The position numbers and the translations under genes were made by a program. Of a stretch of 53,373 nucleotides of DNA, positions 46,170 through 53,373 are shown piece after piece (the stretch's first letter is position 1; each line of letters opens with the position of its first letter). The stretch lies in contig JBAYHR010000005.1 in NCBI GenBank assembly GCA_041666045.1, positions 1-53,373 of the forward strand, in the 5' to 3' direction. The notes under the pieces were generated by a model. That model saw only the letters and a program-made list of their open reading frames with translations. It was not told where the DNA came from and did not search any database. This DNA comes from Minisyncoccota bacterium. GTDB lineage: Bacteria; Patescibacteriota; Minisyncoccia; Phycocordibacterales; UBA9973.

Positions 46170-47333
46170 TTGCAGTACAAATTTGGTCGTCCTGTGATTC
46201 TACCCTTATTTAAAAGGGCCAGAAAGGAAATCTTACGATATTTTGTTAGGCTTATAAAACCTCAATTTAAAATATTCAGCTCTGTCTTAGTATTTTCCCT
46301 ATTATTTGGGTTGTTTTTTGCACCTATGCAAGCAAAAGCAGGTTTCTTCTCTTCTATTTTTGGGATGGATGCTTCTGCAAATATTGAAGAGGTTTCAATA
46401 CAAGAAACTGATGCGACTTCTCAAAGTAGAGATTTGTCATTACAAGCAAATGTTTCTTCAGTTTTAGTTGATAATAAAGATTTAGTAAAAGAGGGTATAA
46501 ATGTGAATATTGTTTCTGATAATGCTCTTTTGCCATCAATGGGTGTCATGGGTGGAGCAGATGGTGGAGATGTCTCTTTTGATCAAATAAGTGTTTATGT
46601 GATAAGAAAAGACGACTCGATCTCTAAAATAGCTGAGATGTTTAATGTTTCAGAAAATACTATTTTATGGGCAAATGATATGAAAAAGGGTGATAAATTG
46701 GTTGAGGGTGAGACGCTTTTTATATTGCCAATTTCTGGTGTTAAACATACTGTTGTAAAAGGACAAACATTAAAAGGAATTGCTAAATTATACCAAGTAG
46801 ATGTTATTGATATAGCTGGTTTTAATGGGATTGCTTCAGATACAAAGTTGATAGTCGGAGATGAGCTTATTATTCCTGATGCTGAAATGTCAGATGAAGG
46901 AAGTAACAAGGTAGCTTCAAAGTCTAGTTCAAAAGAAGTTATTAAAAAAAATACAGGTAAAGATTTGGGTGGATATTTTATAAATCCAGTTCCAAATTAC
47001 AGGAGAATAAGTCAGAGGATTCACGGTAAAAATGGTGTTGACTTAGCTGCTTCAACTGGCACAAAGATTGTTGCTACCGCATCTGGAAAAGTTCTTCTTG
47101 CTCGTAATGGATATAATGGAGGTTATGGCAATATGACGATTATTCAACATCCCAATGGCACTCAGACTCTTTATGCTCATCAATCTAAACTTGCGGTACA
47201 TACCGGTGATCACGTTTCTCAAGGAGAAGTGATTGGTTATGTCGGATCAACAGGACGATCCACTGGTCCTCACTTACACTATGAAGTTCATGGCGCAAAG
47301 AATAATGCTGTTAGCCTAAGCACATATAATTAA
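46170..47333 (+). CDS. LysM-domain M23 family metallopeptidase
   Basis: 387 aa (TTG start in the track; the exact start is uncertain). N-terminal anchor, two LysM repeats, and M23 motifs HPNGTQTLYAH and GSTGRSTGPHLHYEV. Confidence 0.85.
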   Translation: MQYKFGRPVILPLFKRARKEILRYFVRLIKPQFKIFSSVLVFSLLFGLFFAPMQAKAGFFSSIFGMDASANIEEVSIQETDATSQSRDLSLQANVSSVLVDNKDLVKEGINVNIVSDNALLPSMGVMGGADGGDVSFDQISVYVIRKDDSISKIAEMFNVSENTILWANDMKKGDKLVEGETLFILPISGVKHTVVKGQTLKGIAKLYQVDVIDIAGFNGIASDTKLIVGDELIIPDAEMSDEGSNKVASKSSSKEVIKKNTGKDLGGYFINPVPNYRRISQRIHGKNGVDLAASTGTKIVATASGKVLLARNGYNGGYGNMTIIQHPNGTQTLYAHQSKLAVHTGDHVSQGEVIGYVGSTGRSTGPHLHYEVHGAKNNAVSLSTYN

Positions 47334-47377
47334 ACTTAAAGAAATCCCCACATTAACTTGTGGGGATTTTTGTTTAT

Positions 47378-48127
47378 CTATTCTAAAAGAGTTAGAGAGA
47401 TCATTGCTAAGATTCCAAGAAGTATGATTAGAAATTGCATCATAGAGTATTTTATTTTTTTAGTTTTTTGGAGTTCAGGAATTAAGTCTGCTACTGCAAT
47501 ATAAATAAATCCTCCAGCCGCAATTGGCAGGAACCATAAAGTAAAAGTTTCTGCAATATTTCCAAAAATTAAAGCGAGAATTACTCCTAATATAGCAGTA
47601 AGAGCTGATAAAAAATTAAGTAATAATGCACGTTTTTTTGTATATCCTGCATGTAAAAGCACTGCGAAATCCCCTATTTCTTGAGGGATTTCATGTAAAA
47701 TGACAGCTAAGGTTGTTGCTATTCCAATTGGAATACTTATTAAAAAACTTACACCAATAATTATTCCATCTATTAAATTATGAAAACAATCTGTAAAAAG
47801 TATTAATTTTCCTACTGGATGAATATGATTTATTTCCTTATCTTCGCCGTGATGATGCCAGTGAAAAAACTTTTCTATTATGAAGAAAATAATTATTCCC
47901 ACTATAATTAATATACTTACAATATTTGTGTTTGGTATTTTTATAAATGCTTCTGGAATTAGGTGAATAAAAGCATCACCTAATAGCGCACCAACTGCAA
48001 GACTTATAAAAATACTTACGTATTTTTTTATAATTTCTTCTTTAAAAGAAAGAGAAAATACTCCAATTAAAGAAACAAGACTAACTATTATTACGCTTAT
48101 AAATGCGTATATGTATGTTGTTATCAT
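47378..48127 (-). CDS. ZIP family (ZupT-like) metal transporter
   Basis: 249 aa, polytopic, with a His-rich loop (HWHHHGEDKEINHIH) and HEIPQEIGDFAVL. Confidence 0.85.
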   Translation of the reverse strand: MITTYIYAFISVIIVSLVSLIGVFSLSFKEEIIKKYVSIFISLAVGALLGDAFIHLIPEAFIKIPNTNIVSILIIVGIIIFFIIEKFFHWHHHGEDKEINHIHPVGKLILFTDCFHNLIDGIIIGVSFLISIPIGIATTLAVILHEIPQEIGDFAVLLHAGYTKKRALLLNFLSALTAILGVILALIFGNIAETFTLWFLPIAAGGFIYIAVADLIPELQKTKKIKYSMMQFLIILLGILAMISLTLLE

Positions 48128-48128
48128 G

Positions 48129-48199
48129 TGCGGGATGGGAGAATCGAACTCCCAACCACAGTTTGGAAAACTGTTATTTTACCATTAAACTAATCCCGC
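48129..48199 (-). tRNA. tRNA-Gly (anticodon UCC)
   Basis: Folded by hand. Acceptor GCGGGAT/ATCCCGC, anticodon stem ACAGT/ACTGT, loop TTTCCAA, T-arm GGGAG-TTCGATT-CTCCC. 71 nt, with no encoded CCA. Confidence 0.8.
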
Positions 48200-48203
48200 A
48201 ATG

Positions 48204-48274
48204 TCGGGCTGCTGGGAATCGAACCCAGTCTCCATGCTCCCAAAGCACGTGTACTACCGGTATACTACAGCCCG
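48204..48274 (-). tRNA. tRNA-Pro (anticodon UGG)
   Basis: Folded by hand. Acceptor CGGGCTG/CAGCCCG, anticodon loop TTTGGGA, T-arm CTGGG-TTCGATT-CCCAG. 71 nt, with no encoded CCA. Confidence 0.88.
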
Positions 48275-48280
48275 AATTTT

Positions 48281-48361
48281 AAAAAACTGGAACATAAAAA
48301 TTTTCTGGCGGACAAGACGAAACCAGTGCCCGCAGGCGAAAACTTTTATATTCCGGTTTTT
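48281..48361. repeat. about 80-nt hairpin element with a GC-rich core (possible yraN terminator)
   Basis: Arms aaaaaactggaacataaaaattttc / gaaaacttttatattccggttttt, core tggcggacaagacgaaaccagtgcccgcaggc. It shares caggcgaaaa with the 18550 element, and TTTTC...CCAGA..AAAA with the polA and cca elements. Confidence 0.5.
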
Positions 48362-48368
48362 AACTATA

Positions 48369-48812
48369 TCATAAAATAATATCATTCACCACTTTTATTT
48401 TTGCTTTTTTGTTTTTTAAATCTAAAAAGACAACCAAAAGGTCAACTTGCCATTCTTTTTCATCTGGCACTTTATTGGACAAAAGATAAGTTTGTATAGT
48501 TCGCGCCATTCGTTTTAATTTCCAAGGGTGCATATTATCTTCAGGCTTATATTCATCCAATGTTTCCGTCCCCTTTTGATTATTTTGGAGAACGGACAGG
48601 TCTTGTGAAACATAGTTTAAGTTTCTAGAAACAGATTTAACTTCAATAAAATAAAGTTTCTTTTCTTTTTCCGCAACAATATCAATTTCCCCCCATTTTT
48701 TTGTATAATTATTATCTAATATAGAAAAATTATGTTTCACAAGAAACCTTTCAGCTATATTTTCTCCTATTTTTCCTATTTTTTGTGTTTCTGAAGTAAA
48801 AACTTTAGGCAT
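48369..48812 (-). CDS. yraN: YraN family (UPF0102) endonuclease-like protein
   Basis: GEIDIVAEKEKKLYFIEVKS is the family core. Start placed at MPKVF (48812). The longer ORF to 48854 would translate the palindromic operator-like region. Confidence 0.7.
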   Translation of the reverse strand: MPKVFTSETQKIGKIGENIAERFLVKHNFSILDNNYTKKWGEIDIVAEKEKKLYFIEVKSVSRNLNYVSQDLSVLQNNQKGTETLDEYKPEDNMHPWKLKRMARTIQTYLLSNKVPDEKEWQVDLLVVFLDLKNKKAKIKVVNDIIL

Positions 48813-48822
48813 TCTTTTGTGT

Positions 48823-48852
48823 GTTTCATGAGAAACGTGTTTCACGTGAAAC
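48823..48852. promoter_or_regulatory. tandem palindromic sites GTTTC-N4-GAAAC x2 (operator-like)
   Basis: gtttcatgagaaac (48823-48836) and gtttcacgtgaaac (48839-48852, a perfect 14-bp palindrome), 11-40 nt upstream of the preferred yraN start. Confidence 0.35.
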
Positions 48853-49044
48853 AAATTACTTAATTTTTATGTCTTTTATTAAAATATCCTTATTTTTCAA
48901 CATATTTTTAATAAAATCGTACATAAAAGACAGTCTCAAATTATGTCCTTTATAAACAATACCCACATAGTTATCCACAGTTTTTCATAAAATCCTTATA
49001 TTTCAAGGGGAAAATAAATATGAATAAAGGACAGGTCGTTTTTG

Positions 49045-49116
49045 TGCACCCGGAGGGATTCGAACCCCCAACAACTGCTTCGAAGGCAGGTATGATATCC
49101 ATTTCACTACGGGTGC
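49045..49116 (-). tRNA. tRNA-Arg (anticodon UCG)
   Basis: Folded by hand. Acceptor GCACCCG/CGGGTGC, anticodon loop CTTCGAA, T-arm GGGGG-TTCGAAT-CCCTC. 72 nt, with no encoded CCA. Confidence 0.85.
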
Positions 49117-49234
49117 AATAATTTAATTATAGCTTATATTTTCTATTATTGAAAATTTATTTTAATTAAAATTGCAATAGATTAAAAAAAATATTATAAT
49201 TGTTTTATTAAAAAATAATTAGCAGTCATATTTA

Positions 49235-49305
49235 GCGGTCATGGTTTAGTGGTAGAACACGTCCTTGCCAAGGATGAGACGGGAGTTCGATTCTCCCTGG
49301 CCGCA
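49235..49305 (+). tRNA. tRNA-Gly (anticodon GCC)
   Basis: Folded by hand. Acceptor GCGGTCA/TGGCCGC, anticodon loop TTGCCAA, T-arm GGGAG-TTCGATT-CTCCC. 71 nt, with no encoded CCA. Confidence 0.9.
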
Positions 49306-49314
49306 CAAAATTTA

Positions 49315-50877
49315 GTGAATACACTAGAAAAAAATTTAATAAACAAAATTCCTCAAGAAGTTTCACATGTAACTGAAACCTTAGAAAAGGCTGGTTTTGA
49401 GGTGTATTTAGTTGGGGGATGTGTCCGTGATCTTTTAATGGATAAAGAGCCAAAAGACTGGGATATAACTACAAACGCAAAACCAGATCAGATTATAGGA
49501 CTTTTTGAAAAGACAGTTTATGAGAATATTTTTGGAACAGTAGCTATTATAAATAAAGATGTTTCACAAGAAACATTACGCCAAATAGAGGTTACTCCAT
49601 ATAGAATTGAGACAAAATATAGTGATTTTAGACACCCTGATGAAGTTAAATTTAGTGATAAGCTAGAAGATGACCTTAAGAGACGTGATTTTACAGTGAA
49701 TGCTGTGGCTTTAAGCTCTAAAGGACATCTAGTTGATTTATTTAATGGCATAAAGGACATTGAAAGTAAAACATTAAACACAGTGGGAGATCCAAATGAT
49801 CGTTTTAACGAAGATGCTTTACGAATGCTTCGGGCAGTACGCTTCGCTGTACAATTAGATTTTTCTGTGTCGTATGAAGTTTCTGAAAATATTATAAAAA
49901 ACTCAAGTTTAATTAAAAAAATTTCAGAAGAAAGAATTCGTGATGAATTTATAAAAATAATTATGTCACAAAATCCATCAATAGGAATTGTGATGTTGAA
50001 TAAATTTAATTTATTAAAAAATATAATTCCAGAATTAGAAGAAGGAATAAATTGCGAACAATCTGGTGAACATATTTATGATGTTTGGAATCATTTACTT
50101 CATGCATTACAACATTCAGCAGACAAAAATTGGCCTTTAGAAATAAGACTTTCTTCGCTTTTTCATGATATTGGTAAACCTAAGTCTAGAAGAATAGCAA
50201 TACGGGATAATAATTTTTCAGGTCCTCGGTTCTCCGGGTCCCTATCCCGGCCAGACCATGAAAAATCATCATCCCGTATTGCCAAAAAGTTGTATACTTT
50301 TTATGGTCATGAAGTTGTGAGTGCAAGAATGACAAAAAAGATTTTAGAGAGATTAAAATTTCCTAAAAAAGAAATTGAGCTTGTGGATAAACTTGTTCGC
50401 AATCATATGTTTTTTTCTGACACAGAACAAATTACGCTTTCTGCGGTGCGAAGAATTATTACAAAAGTCGGGAAAGAAAATATTTGGTCTCTTATGAATG
50501 TCCGTGAATGTGATAGAGTAGGAATGAAAAAGAAAGAAGCACCATATCGTTTGAGGAAATATTTTGCAATGATAGAGGAAGCATTACACGATCCTATCTC
50601 TGTTGGACAGCTTAAAATTGATGGAGAATTTATGATAAAGGACATCGGAATTAAGCCGGGACCTAGAATGGGCTGGATTTTGCATGCTCTTTTAGAAGAA
50701 ATTCTTGAAGATCCTTTAAAAAATACCATTGAGTATTTAAAGGACAAGGTTATTAACCTTGATAAACTTACTGATGCTAAATTAAAGATATTGGGAGAAA
50801 AGGGAAAAGAAAAAAAAGAAGACCTAGAAGAGGAAGAAGTTTTAAAACTTCATCAAAGACATGGTGTTCATAAATAA
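49315..50877 (+). CDS. cca: CCA-adding enzyme / tRNA nucleotidyltransferase with HD domain
   Basis: YLVGGCVRDLLM, DWDITT, RRDFTVNA and HD motif LFHDIGKP. The track ORF start (49249) overlaps tRNA-Gly, so the start is placed at the first in-frame GTG after the tRNA (49315). Carries an insertion of about 28 aa inside the HD domain. Confidence 0.85.
   Translation: MNTLEKNLINKIPQEVSHVTETLEKAGFEVYLVGGCVRDLLMDKEPKDWDITTNAKPDQIIGLFEKTVYENIFGTVAIINKDVSQETLRQIEVTPYRIETKYSDFRHPDEVKFSDKLEDDLKRRDFTVNAVALSSKGHLVDLFNGIKDIESKTLNTVGDPNDRFNEDALRMLRAVRFAVQLDFSVSYEVSENIIKNSSLIKKISEERIRDEFIKIIMSQNPSIGIVMLNKFNLLKNIIPELEEGINCEQSGEHIYDVWNHLLHALQHSADKNWPLEIRLSSLFHDIGKPKSRRIAIRDNNFSGPRFSGSLSRPDHEKSSSRIAKKLYTFYGHEVVSARMTKKILERLKFPKKEIELVDKLVRNHMFFSDTEQITLSAVRRIITKVGKENIWSLMNVRECDRVGMKKKEAPYRLRKYFAMIEEALHDPISVGQLKIDGEFMIKDIGIKPGPRMGWILHALLEEILEDPLKNTIEYLKDKVINLDKLTDAKLKILGEKGKEKKEDLEEEEVLKLHQRHGVHK
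50197..50282 (+). repeat. about 86-nt GC-rich palindromic insertion element, in frame in cca
   Basis: Perfect outer arms gcaatacgggat / atcccgtattgc and inner arms tttttcaggtc / gaccatgaaaaa. The core is ctcggttctccgggtccctatcccggcca. Confidence 0.7.
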
Positions 50878-50907
50878 ATTTCCCACATGTCAGACATATG
50901 GGAAATT

Positions 50908-51591
50908 TTAGAAGTCTTCATTTAGAAGACTATCTTTTGCAGGTTTGTAAAATATATTGTTTAAACCTTTTGTTAAATTATCAAAAAGTTTAGTGCTATA
51001 TGGAAAGAGATTAAAAACAATTGCTAGACTAAATAATGAAAGGGCAAATTTCCAAGAGTAAAAAGAAAGTGGAATAGCAATTAAAGAAAAAATTACTGGC
51101 ACCAGTGTGCGAATTGTACTGCCACGAATTTCTCTTTTACTTATCTCTGGATTCTTAATATGTTCTGAATATAAAACATAATTTCTCATCCAAAACAAAG
51201 AAAGTCCTATTAAAACCGTATGTATACCAAAAATAATAATAGCAAGTTTGCTTTGGCTGAAATGACCAAGCAGGTTTGAAGAAAATGGAACTAGAGCCAC
51301 TAACATAAAAAACAGCGCATTTATATTTGTAAGTTTTGTGTCAATATTTTTAGCATATACTGATACAAAAAAATGGTGTCCTCTCCAATATGTAAAAAGA
51401 AGTGCGAATGATAGCATATAGGCTATTAAAGAAGGTAATAAAGATTTTATTGCAATCCAAAGTTGTAAGTCGTTATATGACGACATGGCTGGTACTTTAA
51501 TTTCAAATACGATAATCGTCATAACTATGGCGAAAATTCCGTCTGAAAGTTCATCTAATCTTGCTGGTTTCATATTTGTATATAATACCAT
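50908..51591 (-). CDS. TMEM175-like (DUF1211) potassium channel family protein
   Basis: 227 aa with LDELSDGIFAIVMTIIVFEIKVP and a six-TM layout. Confidence 0.7.
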   Translation of the reverse strand: MVLYTNMKPARLDELSDGIFAIVMTIIVFEIKVPAMSSYNDLQLWIAIKSLLPSLIAYMLSFALLFTYWRGHHFFVSVYAKNIDTKLTNINALFFMLVALVPFSSNLLGHFSQSKLAIIIFGIHTVLIGLSLFWMRNYVLYSEHIKNPEISKREIRGSTIRTLVPVIFSLIAIPLSFYSWKFALSLFSLAIVFNLFPYSTKLFDNLTKGLNNIFYKPAKDSLLNEDF

Positions 51592-51698
51592 AAATTTAAA
51601 TTAAAAATAATATGTTAATATAGAGTTACCTGTCCCGTTAAAAATTCACTAATTTCGGGATAGATTTATAAGATTAATAATTTAAAATTTTTAATGGG

Positions 51699-52574
51699 AT
51701 GCGCATAGGAATTTTTGATTCAGGATTAGGGGGCTTAATTATTGCCAAAGCAATAAGGAAATTAATGCCAGAATATTACTATGTTTATCTTGGAGACACT
51801 AAAAGAGTGCCTTATGGGAATAGATCTCATGAGACAGTTTTTGAATTTACAAAACAAGCTGTTGATTATTTATTTAGAAAAGAAAATTGTGAAATTGTAA
51901 TTTTAGCTTGCAACACTGCTTCAGCGAGAGCGCTTAGAAGAATACAGCAAGAATATTTAGCAAAGAATTTTCCAGACAGAAAAGTGCTTGGAGTTTTGAT
52001 TCCAACAGCAGAAGAATGCGCTAAGTATAAAAGTGTAGGAATAATAGCCACAAATGGAACCGTTTTATCCAATACTTTTCTTGATGAAATAAAAAAGCTT
52101 TCTCAAAAAACAAAAGTTTTTCAAAATCCTGCGCCAATGCTTGTGTCTTTAGCAGAAGAAGGGGAGAAAGTTTTAGTAAAACCATTTATTGAAAAATATT
52201 TGAAACCATTTAAAGGAAAAAAAATACAAGCTTTAGCACTTGGTTGTACACATTATCCTTTTTATAAAAATGAAATTAGAAAGATTTTAGGAAAGAATCC
52301 CATTAGAGCCCGCGAGGGATCTAAAAGACCCTCTGCCTCTAACGGGGCAAGTATAAAGGTCATCTCTCAAGATGAAATAATTCCAAAGAAATTAAAAGAG
52401 TATTTTAAAAGACATCTAGAGGTAGAAAAATTATTGTCAAAAAAGCAAACCCCGAACCAGAGCAAAGCTCGGTACGGGGCAAGGATCCTCGTAACGGACA
52501 TCACAAAAAACGTAGAAAAATTAACCCAAAAATGGTTTGGAAAAGACGTTAAACCAGAATTAATAAGATTATAG
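51699..52574 (+). CDS. murI: glutamate racemase
   Basis: 291 aa with IGIFDSGLGGL, ILACNTAS and LGCTHYPF. Contains two GC-rich insertions. Confidence 0.9.
   Translation: MRIGIFDSGLGGLIIAKAIRKLMPEYYYVYLGDTKRVPYGNRSHETVFEFTKQAVDYLFRKENCEIVILACNTASARALRRIQQEYLAKNFPDRKVLGVLIPTAEECAKYKSVGIIATNGTVLSNTFLDEIKKLSQKTKVFQNPAPMLVSLAEEGEKVLVKPFIEKYLKPFKGKKIQALALGCTHYPFYKNEIRKILGKNPIRAREGSKRPSASNGASIKVISQDEIIPKKLKEYFKRHLEVEKLLSKKQTPNQSKARYGARILVTDITKNVEKLTQKWFGKDVKPELIRL
52298..52347. repeat. GC-rich hairpin insertion 1 in murI
   Basis: tcccattagagcc ... gcctctaacgggg with the inner hairpin gaggg-atctaaaaga-ccctc. The arms resemble the yidD element. Confidence 0.6.
52450..52479. repeat. GC-rich hairpin insertion 2 in murI
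   Basis: ccccgaaccagagc-aaa-gctcggtacgggg (imperfect), followed by caaggatcctcgtaacggac. Confidence 0.45.
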
Positions 52575-52601
52575 CCTTTAAAATAAAGGTTTTTATTGCT
52601 A

Positions 52602-52630
52602 TTGACTTTTGTGTTAAAAAGGTATACAAT
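52602..52630 (+). promoter_or_regulatory. near-consensus sigma70 promoter (TTGACT-17-TACAAT)
   Basis: Read directly. Lies about 90 nt upstream of the last CDS. Confidence 0.5.
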
Positions 52631-52721
52631 ATTAATGTAAAAGTAGAGTCCGCTTTTATGCTTTAAAGCGTTGAATTGGGCTTATATGTTCTTTAAATTT
52701 AAATAATAGGAGGAGTAAACA

Positions 52722-53373
52722 ATGAATCCAAAAAATTTAGCTTCAGGTGCACAGTGTTCCACACTGGCTAGTATGGTTGCAGTTGCTTTAACAAAGAAAT
52801 TTGATGGGCAACTTACATTTTCTCAAGCTCAAATTGCTATTACTGACAAAGATCAGATTGATGTAAATTTGCTTGCTGAAAAATTTGCTAATGAAATTTT
52901 TTCAATTTCCATTGATCCATGGGCTGAAGAAAAGAGAAAAATTTCTCATTTCTATAAAACCTGTTTCAATGAAAACAAATGGAAAAATCCTAATTGGGAA
53001 CAAGTGACAATTCCAACAGCTGATGAAAAGCTGAAACGTCCAGAATTTATTTTTGTTGAAACGATGACAGAAGATGACGCACTTGATGCTTATGCTTTAC
53101 GTTTTGGCAAAGACAAAGTATGGAAAGAATGGAGTGATTCGCTTGCAAAAGTGATTAAACGCGAAACAGTTCAAGCTAGACCAAAACAGAATTATGCAAT
53201 GCTTCACGTTGGTGGTGACGAACCCGATCTTCTCAATAAAAGTTATAATGATGGTATTTCTGAAAATATTATCTTTATGACTCCACTTGAAGGAATTATA
53301 TCTGCATTTCGTCACAGATTTGAAACTGGCAAGATGTATGATGTAAAAGGTGTTACCAGATTGTCGGCTCTTG
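52722..53373 (+). CDS. hypothetical protein, 3-prime partial (runs off the window)
   Basis: Not in the ORF track because no stop lies in the window. A strong SD (AGGAGG) sits 7 nt upstream of the ATG. Translation starts MNPKNLASGAQCSTLASMVAVALTKKFDGQ... GC content is visibly higher than in neighbouring genes. Confidence 0.6.
   Translation, partial: MNPKNLASGAQCSTLASMVAVALTKKFDGQLTFSQAQIAITDKDQIDVNLLAEKFANEIFSISIDPWAEEKRKISHFYKTCFNENKWKNPNWEQVTIPTADEKLKRPEFIFVETMTEDDALDAYALRFGKDKVWKEWSDSLAKVIKRETVQARPKQNYAMLHVGGDEPDLLNKSYNDGISENIIFMTPLEGIISAFRHRFETGKMYDVKGVTRLSAL

Noticed and set aside
48129-48199. First reading of this tRNA as tRNA-Trp, because CCA is visible in the anticodon loop
   Set aside because: With the only stem register that pairs perfectly (ACAGT/ACTGT), the 7-nt loop is TTTCCAA. 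Positions 34-36 are then UCC (Gly). The T-arm is also identical to that of the other tRNA-Gly.
48540-48620. Possible additional hairpin insertion inside yraN (gtttccgtcccc ... gagaacggacagg)
   Set aside because: The arms do not form a convincing inverted repeat when written out, GC enrichment is modest, and YraN proteins vary in this region.
49232-49453. The 73-aa minus-strand ORF, and the first 22 codons of the 49249 plus-strand ORF
   Set aside because: Both overlap tRNA-Gly(GCC) at 49235-49305, whose cloverleaf folds cleanly. The cca start was moved downstream (GTG 49315) and the antisense ORF is considered spurious.
1-53373. Alternative genetic code (UGA recoding, as in some CPR lineages), diversity-generating retroelements, retrons and toxin-antitoxin pairs
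   Set aside because: All conserved genes are intact under the standard code, with full-length products. No reverse transcriptase-like ORF, template/variable repeat pair or small adjacent TA-like gene pair was recognised.

Overview
Very AT-rich (roughly 30% GC by eye), gene-dense bacterial chromosome segment that looks like an ultra-small Patescibacteria/CPR (Parcubacteria-like) genome; this placement is an inference from gene content and composition. Standard genetic code, stops mostly TAA. No rRNA, CRISPR array, integrase, relaxase or reverse transcriptase was seen.

The window spans the classical replication-origin neighbourhood: dnaN and dnaA on the minus strand, diverging from rpmH-rnpA-yidD-yidC-jag on the plus strand. 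Other housekeeping genes are polA, tsaE, a GspE/PilB ATPase, ruvB, yebC, ruvC, tyrS, PBP1A, rsmA, uvrD/pcrA, a LysM-M23 peptidase, a ZIP transporter, yraN, cca, a TMEM175-like channel, murI and four tRNAs.

Four things stand out.

1. A roughly 16.5 kb minus-strand block (19957-36457) encodes a Gram-positive/CPR-style type IV secretion-like apparatus. It has a PrgI/VirB3-like protein, a VirB4 ATPase apparently split into two ORFs, a VirB6/TrbL-like polytopic protein, and a T4SS-pilin-like module fused to an M15 peptidase. These sit among large secreted proteins of unknown function. No coupling protein or relaxase is present.

2. At least nine GC-rich hairpin-forming elements are present, and several share motifs. 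Seven are inserted in frame in conserved genes (polA, yidD, rsmA, uvrD, cca, and two in murI) and one in an island gene. This resembles Rickettsia palindromic elements.

3. An IS200/RAYT-type Y1 transposase is flanked by copies of a 21-nt REP-like palindrome.

4. Smaller regulatory oddities: a possible c-di-AMP (ydaO-like) leader, mRNAs that start directly after tRNAs, -10 boxes abutting start codons, and a tandem GTTTC-N4-GAAAC operator-like site.
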